Source: a virus. Taken from it: a stretch of 64,000 nt of DNA. Positions within the stretch are counted from its first letter, which is position 1; every line of letters starts with the position of its first letter. The notes under the pieces were generated by a model. It did no database searches, was not told the origin of the DNA, and saw nothing but the letters and a program-made list of their open reading frames with translations. The position numbers and the translations under genes are program-made. The stretch spans positions 68,027-132,026 of the IMG/VR virus record IMGVR_UViG_3300027795_000039. One strand, written 5' to 3'. Of the stretch, positions 58,035 through 64,000 are shown piece after piece.

Positions 58035-58427
58035 TTAAGACGCAGTTGGAATGGAAACTGAGATAGCGGTCAGCGTGAGGCTGTCACCGGTGTTCATCGT
58101 TACCGGTGAGCTGAGCGTCATCGACGTGTTAAACGTGCCTGACGTTGGTGCGGTCCAGAATGAGATATCAGTATCAATCTCAGGTGATGTACCAGCCCAG
58201 TTTGTCCACACCGGCTGATTACTCGAAGAAACGCTTGCGATGGTACCACCCACGATAAGTGGTGAAGCCCAAGTCACAACTTCTCGTGCTGTTACCGAGG
58301 AAATGCTACCGGTTCCTGCGGTACCAGGATCGCCAACGTGAAGCTGAACGTAACTTGATGCGCTGCCGGTAACGGTCAATACCGTCAACATCGCTTGTGC
58401 AGTAATCTGTGAGATGCCATCAGCCAT
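58035..58427 (-). CDS. small tail fibre-associated structural protein
   Basis: YVQLHVGDPGTAGT..FWTAPTSGTF..GDSLTL. Confidence 0.75.
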   Translation of the reverse strand: MADGISQITAQAMLTVLTVTGSASSYVQLHVGDPGTAGTGSISSVTAREVVTWASPLIVGGTIASVSSSNQPVWTNWAGTSPEIDTDISFWTAPTSGTFNTSMTLSSPVTMNTGDSLTLTAISVSIPTAS

Positions 58428-58626
58428 TTAGGGTTACCCTTTCTTGTCTGGACATCACGCGCTCACACGGTTGTCCGCAACTTTGGCATCGCCACAGCGG
58501 CTCGCCAGCTGTTTTCTTTAGTATGTCAAGTTTCGCGCTGCAACACTTCGATGAAGCTCGATCTACCACGCCTTCAGCGTGGACGATTGTCTTGACGTCA
58601 ATTCCATCACTCACGCGGATCCCCAT
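58420..58626 (-). CDS. small zinc-ribbon protein
   Basis: SKCCSA..CQSCGQPC. Confidence 0.6.
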   Translation of the reverse strand: MGIRVSDGIDVKTIVHAEGVVDRASSKCCSAKLDILKKTAGEPLWRCQSCGQPCERVMSRQERVTLNG

Positions 58627-58653
58627 CCTCTTGCGTGAAATTAATTGTTCTTA

Positions 58654-59091
58654 CTAACACATATCACTAATGTACTTACCCCAATAATTTACATACATAT
58701 CAACGGTATAAGCGCCAAGAGTCCCAGGTGTCATCGTGATATCTATCGGTACGTTTGTTGGTGTCTGACCAGTTTCCTGACTTATACTGGTTACCACTAG
58801 TGGTGTTTCCACACAGCCTTCTGGAAACTCATACGAAATATACTGTATTTCTGTGGTAGACATCATGATTGGAATATTAAAAATTCCACCATTAAAAGAT
58901 GCACCAATCATACCATTTACCGCTAGAGTAAGAAGGTACGGCGACGTTTCACTAGCTTGCTGGCAACATATTTGCAGACCTTGAAGCGATATCTTATAAT
59001 CAAGTATGCCGTTAACAATTATTACAGGTACACCACTACCACCTTCTGAGTAAGAAATTTCCGCATTACCGCTAAGAGGGATCATTTTCAT
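58654..59091 (-). CDS. hypothetical protein (AT-rich)
   Basis: AAGGTG RBS, 145 aa. Confidence 0.6.
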   Translation of the reverse strand: MKMIPLSGNAEISYSEGGSGVPVIIVNGILDYKISLQGLQICCQQASETSPYLLTLAVNGMIGASFNGGIFNIPIMMSTTEIQYISYEFPEGCVETPLVVTSISQETGQTPTNVPIDITMTPGTLGAYTVDMYVNYWGKYISDMC

Positions 59092-59104
59092 TATGTTTAC
59101 ACCT

Positions 59105-60652
59105 TTACAGTGTATAAGCTGTACCCATTAGTGTAGCAGCCATAGCGTTAATGCTAGTACCAAGCCATTGCATATGAACCCAGGCAAACTTATTAGCTCC
59201 ACCATTCAATGATGGTGCAGCACCGGTATTTGGCCATTTAACGTAAGACGGCCAGGTCACCGAACCTACACCAGATGCCGGCTGCCCGATAAACAGATCC
59301 ATATTACGGCCATACGCCAACAGTGAGTCAAAGGTGGCCGCGTTTGCACCACCAGCAATCGTGAATACCCACGTGTTACCGAACTCAGGGTAAATAGTGC
59401 CACCGAGGTCAGCAAGCGTGAGAGCGGTACCACCCTGCACTGGTGACACACTGCCGCCGTACACCGCCAGCCCATCACCCGCTGCCATCGAATTGCCTGT
59501 GCCATCGTTCAATATACCGGAGAAACCAAATGGCACGTTGTTGTTATTGAGAATACCCTGGCCAGCCACGGTAATCGGTGCCAAGCTGAGCACACCTTGA
59601 CAAAGGAACTGACTGGCAGCACTCTCACTACCCATGATTACAAGCCAGTGACCGACACCACTACCAGCTGTTTCCATCGAAACCTGGAGAAGGCTGCCGA
59701 TGAGGTATGAAGTACCTGCAGTGTTACTCGGCTCGATAGCGATAAGCGCACCGTTGTTGCTACCTGAATTAGCGTAAGCGTTACCACGGAGACCAACATA
59801 ACAACCATTCATGTCAACATCATTTTGCAAAAGAATACAGGTAGCACCGGTATTTGTTACCATCACGAAGTCGTAGTAACCGTAATCAAAGCTGGTGCCA
59901 TTGAAAACCGCACCTGCACCAGTGCCAGAAACACCGCATTGAATGCACCCGATTTTGGTAAACATACCTTCTTCGGCCCAGCCATCTGCGAGCACGGTGA
60001 AGTAGATACCAGCGGTGCTGCAGCCGTAGAAGCTAATATCATCAGCGCGGATGCCTTGCAAATCAGATATCTGCCAGCCAACCGCACCTGAGCCACCATC
60101 ATAGGCAGTAACCTGCCACCCACGGTAGTAACCACCTTCATCATTACCGGTGAAGGTACCTGTCAATGCTGTCTTAATACATACACTGCTGCCAGTGTAT
60201 GCCAAGATACTAACGCTGTGACCGTCGCCAACCATACCCTGGTTTTGCTTGAACGTAACTGTGCCAGTAATCTTGTACGTACCAGCTGGCACGTATACGA
60301 TACCACCGGCGGTGGGCAACGCGGCCACGGTATTATTGAATGCAGTAGTGCTATCAGCTACCCCAGTAGGGTCAGCACCGTGAGTGATAACAGATACCCA
60401 GTCCAGTACCGAGGATCCACCGCCGCCACCGGCTGGAACTGACCAGGTCTGGTCTGCACGAAGGAATGTGGTGGTACCACCGGGGTACGTGCCACCAGTT
60501 GGCAGCGGCAGTGACTGGCTGCGAATTGCCGCAATGGTGGTTGTTTTAGTAGAGCCCTCTGGTGATTCCGTGGTATCCGTCGGGTCAGTACCGAGCATTT
60601 CCATGGAAGTAGGTGGGGTGGTAGTCGTCGGGTACTGCGATATTTTACTCAT
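59105..60652 (-). CDS. tailspike / pectate-lyase-like beta-helix protein
   Basis: Start MSKISQY with GAGGAG RBS; HGADPTGVADSTTAF..VYVPAGTY. Confidence 0.87.
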   Translation of the reverse strand: MSKISQYPTTTTPPTSMEMLGTDPTDTTESPEGSTKTTTIAAIRSQSLPLPTGGTYPGGTTTFLRADQTWSVPAGGGGGSSVLDWVSVITHGADPTGVADSTTAFNNTVAALPTAGGIVYVPAGTYKITGTVTFKQNQGMVGDGHSVSILAYTGSSVCIKTALTGTFTGNDEGGYYRGWQVTAYDGGSGAVGWQISDLQGIRADDISFYGCSTAGIYFTVLADGWAEEGMFTKIGCIQCGVSGTGAGAVFNGTSFDYGYYDFVMVTNTGATCILLQNDVDMNGCYVGLRGNAYANSGSNNGALIAIEPSNTAGTSYLIGSLLQVSMETAGSGVGHWLVIMGSESAASQFLCQGVLSLAPITVAGQGILNNNNVPFGFSGILNDGTGNSMAAGDGLAVYGGSVSPVQGGTALTLADLGGTIYPEFGNTWVFTIAGGANAATFDSLLAYGRNMDLFIGQPASGVGSVTWPSYVKWPNTGAAPSLNGGANKFAWVHMQWLGTSINAMAATLMGTAYTL

Positions 60653-60812
60653 GATGTGACTCCTCTCTTCCATGACAGCACAGCACAACAGCCAGCAACA
60701 TTTTGTCGCTGGCTGTAAACCGAATTTGATGGTAAGCTTTCTGGTAAACAGAATAATCAAAAGCTTTGAATTAAAACTACTACCACAGCTAACTTGCATA
60801 CCGCATGACAAA

Positions 60813-60841
60813 GGGCCAGCTACGGTGAATGTAGCTGGCCC
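60813..60841 (-). terminator. intrinsic terminator of the LysM gene
   Basis: GGGCCAGCTAC/GTAGCTGGCCC stem followed by TTT on the minus strand. Confidence 0.65.
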
Positions 60842-60908
60842 TACGATGTCAAGCTGTGCCTATTTACATAGGTGTACTTCAGATGCTAACGATGTCGTGG
60901 TATAGATT

Positions 60909-61658
60909 TCAACAGCCGTCGTACGGTCCCCATGGTGATGTTCCCGCCTCGGCGTACAACCTCTCGAATGCCTCATTCTGCATGGCCACGCTGTAAGCTC
61001 TGGCAGGACCGGGGATTCCCATCACCGCGGTCCACGTGGTATTCAGGAAACCATACAGGCCGCTGGCCGTGCTGACCGGGTTTTGCGCGACTGGGTTTCC
61101 ACCGGATTCAGCTCGTATCACGCAGGCCTGGAATGAGCTGCTGGCTGATGCGGTAACGGATGCATCGAGTACCACTCGGGATGGTGTGATGTTAGCTGAG
61201 ACGTGAACTTCTGGTAGATTCGGTAGTTGCATGGTGCAGCTTGCTGGTATCAGCAGCACCTCACCAGGCTTGATAGCCCCTGGATCATTACCGATGACCT
61301 TCTCGTTCTGGTCGTATATACCAGGCCAGCAGGCAGACTTGCCATAGAGGTGCTGGCTGATGCTATTGAGCGTGTTCCCTGGTATCACTCGGTACTGAGT
61401 CACACGAGGAATTGACTCCTGTTGCGTGGCTGCAGTGGTGTTGATCTCGATTTGCTTTGGCAAACCGGTCTGGAGAACCGCCGCCGAGCTGGCGACAGCT
61501 GCAATCCAGAGGCTGCCTGCGATGATGACCGCTACTGCGATGGCGGCGATGGTGAGAGTGATAGCACGAGAACGTACCAGGTGGAAACCACCTGGTGCCA
61601 GGCGAGATGACATGCTTTCGGTTGCCTTACCCCGGCGCCACAGCTCAGCTGGGCGCAT
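60909..61658 (-). CDS. membrane-anchored LysM plus Rpf/SceD-like lytic transglycosylase (start uncertain)
   Basis: TM helix; YRVIPGNTLNSIS..IYDQN..IKPGEVL; CVIRAESGGN..ASGLYGFLNTTW..SPW. Confidence 0.85.
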   Translation of the reverse strand: MRPAELWRRGKATESMSSRLAPGGFHLVRSRAITLTIAAIAVAVIIAGSLWIAAVASSAAVLQTGLPKQIEINTTAATQQESIPRVTQYRVIPGNTLNSISQHLYGKSACWPGIYDQNEKVIGNDPGAIKPGEVLLIPASCTMQLPNLPEVHVSANITPSRVVLDASVTASASSSFQACVIRAESGGNPVAQNPVSTASGLYGFLNTTWTAVMGIPGPARAYSVAMQNEAFERLYAEAGTSPWGPYDGC

Positions 61659-61792
61659 CCTCCACCAGCCGGCGCACCCGTTAACTCAAGGCTGCGGTAA
61701 GCGTCTGGCGGGTTAAAGCCAGAACCGCGAGCGCCGTTGGCGGCTGCCGCTGGTTCCAGACTGGGTTTAAAGACAACTCTCGTACTGGTAGT

Positions 61793-61821
61793 AGTATATC
61801 TCAGTTTGATGAAGTTGTCCA
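61793..61821 (-). promoter_or_regulatory. promoter for the LysM gene leader
   Basis: TGGACA-N17-TATACT on the minus strand. Confidence 0.65.
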
Positions 61822-61953
61822 GTCCGGGAACCAGTTTACTCGTTTGTTATGGGGTAAACCTACCAACGGCAGATAATGCCTGCCACCCGTTTGACTCAAT
61901 ATAGTTACTATTGACCATCTTTACCATCGCTGCTACTGGTTACATTTAACCAG

Positions 61954-62121
61954 TCACTGATCACTAGCAGCCTCATCTGGCGACTCATCTAGCAACGTGT
62001 TGAGTTTCTCTTCCTTTTCACGTTCCATCTCTTCTTTTACTGCTCGCAACGCGATGACGTATTTCTCACCAGTTCGCTTCTGGCGTTCACGAGCAGCACG
62101 TTGTAGTTTAGTCTGACCCAC
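61954..62121 (-). CDS. 55-aa hypothetical protein
   Basis: Not in the ORF track; GAGG RBS; MGQTKLQRAARERQKRTGEKYVIALR. Confidence 0.55.
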   Translation of the reverse strand: MGQTKLQRAARERQKRTGEKYVIALRAVKEEMEREKEEKLNTLLDESPDEAASDQ

Positions 62122-62135
62122 GGTTTACCTCGATT

Positions 62136-62522
62136 TTAATCGGCGTTATCAAACCACTTCCACGTCGTCTCATACGGTTTTAGCTTTGTCAGTCGCTCAT
62201 ACTTCTCTTCGGTAGTATGACCATCCCAGCCGTGACAAATTGTTACGTTCATTCCATCAAGATGAGTAAAAAGACAGCGCTCTGAGTCGTGGATATGCCA
62301 CATTGCCTGACCCGTCGGCAAGTGAACGCAGATGATGGTTCGCCACTCAACATCCCAGGTTTCATCATTAAGTGGGTGAATTAGCAAGTGCGATGGAAAC
62401 AATTTACTAAGTGCGGCCACGAGCAAGTCACGCTCGTGGTAAGCAATATTTTTCTGCGTCCTCAGCTGATCATTCTCAGTAACCAGACCGGCTAGCTTCG
62501 CAACCAGGTCATTATCACTCAT
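62136..62522 (-). CDS. WDGH-motif phage protein
   Basis: LPTGQAMWH..WDGHTTEEKYERL. Confidence 0.7.
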   Translation of the reverse strand: MSDNDLVAKLAGLVTENDQLRTQKNIAYHERDLLVAALSKLFPSHLLIHPLNDETWDVEWRTIICVHLPTGQAMWHIHDSERCLFTHLDGMNVTICHGWDGHTTEEKYERLTKLKPYETTWKWFDNAD

Positions 62523-62586
62523 ATACTTTTCTCATTTTTAGGATAGTATACTAGTTTAATCCGACCCACAGTTCTACCACCAGTCT

Positions 62587-62829
62587 TTAATAGTCACTGG
62601 TATCAAACCACTTCCACGTCGTCTCATACTCAGGATGACCGTGAACTCGTTCCAGGTCAGCCAAAGAAGCCCATCTCGAGTGTGATGAAAACTCGGTGAG
62701 CCAGCGAACGCACACCGTACCATCAGTAAAAACTACACCCTCAAACTGCACCTCATCCGGTGCGTTGGCCACCCCCTGCTCACGATACTCAGTTGGTGGT
62801 GTTCTCCGGTAAACCTCAAAACATTTCAC
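62587..62829 (-). CDS. conserved hypothetical protein
   Basis: FEGVVFTDGTVCVRW..VHGH. Confidence 0.7.
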   Translation of the reverse strand: MKCFEVYRRTPPTEYREQGVANAPDEVQFEGVVFTDGTVCVRWLTEFSSHSRWASLADLERVHGHPEYETTWKWFDTSDY

Positions 62830-62866
62830 GTGTTCTTTTATCCTCAGCGTATTCCATACCAGGCAA

Positions 62867-63094
62867 CTATTGCTTTAGTTCAGACGCAGCGAAATCAATG
62901 GCTTCTTCCGCTGTGAATCCGCCCCAGCCAGTGCACCCATCACTTCGTATGACTAGCGGATCCAACTCAAGCGTCCACGGCGCATCATCTGGTCTTACGT
63001 AGTTTTTACTAGCATCAAAAATAAGTGTAAATGAACCGTGCTTAAGCGCAAACTCGGCGGCTTTATTATCAATGGCATTCAAGTAAGTTCTCAT
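62867..63094 (-). CDS. hypothetical protein
   Basis: Operon ORF. Confidence 0.55.
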   Translation of the reverse strand: MRTYLNAIDNKAAEFALKHGSFTLIFDASKNYVRPDDAPWTLELDPLVIRSDGCTGWGGFTAEEAIDFAASELKQ

Positions 63095-63320
63095 CCAAAT
63101 CAGTCATCAAACCTCGTTCAAGTTTCAGCTCAGCATACCGGACCATGCCCAGGCATTCCACTGACTTCAGCCCACTCGTTGCCGCAGTTAGGTAGCAAAC
63201 TTCACCGTCTTCATTCAACGCTTTAATCACGATAAAACCACACAACGGCTGAACAAGCGTAATTTGATCATTTTCAGCGTCAACATCGAGTGGCATACCA
63301 AGAATGGTATACTCACTCAT
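63069..63320 (-). CDS. hypothetical protein
   Basis: Operon ORF. Confidence 0.6.
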   Translation of the reverse strand: MSEYTILGMPLDVDAENDQITLVQPLCGFIVIKALNEDGEVCYLTAATSGLKSVECLGMVRYAELKLERGLMTDLDENLLECH

Positions 63321-63543
63321 CAGTACTTATCACTTCACCCATGAGCCGGAACTCTTTCGGGTAAGCCCGTGCTGCTGCTTGTGCCATGATCAGATGCTGG
63401 ATATGATGAATATTAACGCGAAGCTCAGCGAGGTCATCATCACGAGTGGGACCATTACCACAGACTTTATCTTTGATGGAAGTGTAGAGGCACCCAGCCA
63501 TCCGGATGGCTTCACGCTCATCATCCGTCAGACCATCATCCAC
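63313..63543 (-). CDS. small helical hypothetical protein
   Basis: IHHIQHLIMAQAAARAYP. Confidence 0.65.
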   Translation of the reverse strand: MDDGLTDDEREAIRMAGCLYTSIKDKVCGNGPTRDDDLAELRVNIHHIQHLIMAQAAARAYPKEFRLMGEVISTDE

Positions 63544-63545
63544 AG

Positions 63546-63806
63546 TTACTCACGCCTCGCAATCGCCGCGTTGGCTTGCATGATCGCTTCTTCGAGGTGG
63601 GTGAACGCGAGTGACTGTTCACGACTCGGTGGTGTCGAGGTAGCGATAAGCTGTGCCAGTGTGTAACCAGCCTGGCGAAGTTGCTCATAGCGAGCCGTCT
63701 GGTCATTTTTCGGCGGATGGTAGGTAAACCGTGCTACCAGTTCACGGGCAACATCAGCTGATATATGATAAGAATCAGCTGGCATCTGGTATTCACTATC
63801 TTTCAC
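63546..63806 (-). CDS. Acb2/Tad1-like helical hairpin protein (putative immune-signal sponge)
   Basis: RFTYHPP..Y..LR..PPSREQSLAFTHLEEAIMQANAAIA. Confidence 0.65.
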   Translation of the reverse strand: MKDSEYQMPADSYHISADVARELVARFTYHPPKNDQTARYEQLRQAGYTLAQLIATSTPPSREQSLAFTHLEEAIMQANAAIARRE

Positions 63807-63985
63807 GTTTCACCACTTCCAGACTTATCACCCGACTTTGACCGGATAATGCCAATAAGAATCGTCAGTGCTTCCTGGCGGGTAAACCCAGCACCAACAT
63901 ACGCGAGAAACAACTCGTGGGTTGCCGCGGCACCAGCAGCAAGTCCGCTAATCGGGTCAAGTGGCCCAGTATCATCATTACTCAC
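63803..63985 (-). CDS. hypothetical protein
   Basis: HELFLAYVGAGFTRQEAL; coupled to the next gene. Confidence 0.6.
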   Translation of the reverse strand: MSNDDTGPLDPISGLAAGAAATHELFLAYVGAGFTRQEALTILIGIIRSKSGDKSGSGET

Positions 63986-64000
63986 GGTACCGCCGGGTGC

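Noticed and set aside
1-64000. Genome-wide stop codon reassignment
   Set aside because: Very long ORFs read through in the standard code, and TAA, TAG and TGA all terminate coupled genes

Overview
A 64 kb segment of a large tailed phage or prophage, probably of an actinomycete host (DUF1707, Rpf/SceD-like LysM transglycosylase and leaderless sigma-A-type promoters). The minus strand carries the virion operon, read right to left: small genes including an Acb2/Tad1-like protein, a LysM transglycosylase, four beta-helix tailspikes plus fibre/adaptor genes, terminase small and large subunits, portal, MuF/gp7 head protein, and at the far left edge what looks like the start of an HK97-type prohead protease. 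Plus-strand cassettes with their own TTTACA-N17-TATAAT promoters are wedged between the late genes. Two features stand out. (1) About 33 kb around portal and MuF, running up to the protease, is a modular virion-cargo arsenal. Ten ORFs carry 15 copies of one short tag, K-[VL]-G-(G)-x-x-G-Y-[IE]-H-[GD]-[WYF], 8 of them extended by CV[RN]PPC. The tags head modules holding about 17 ADP-ribosyltransferase-like domains plus zeta-toxin kinase and other effectors; zincin, ParB-like and NUDIX domains lie in the same ORFs. Modules are inserted into the portal tail, into MuF and between two halves of a NUDIX enzyme. One ART subfamily is followed by a cognate Trp-rich, immunity-like protein each time it ends a gene. 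(2) At 40.65-40.95 kb there is a promoter-driven non-coding RNA with two circularly permuted tRNA-like (YrlA/Y-RNA-type) modules, directly upstream of a conserved unknown protein, with no Ro60 gene in the window. All domain calls come from motif recognition by eye, not from database searches.
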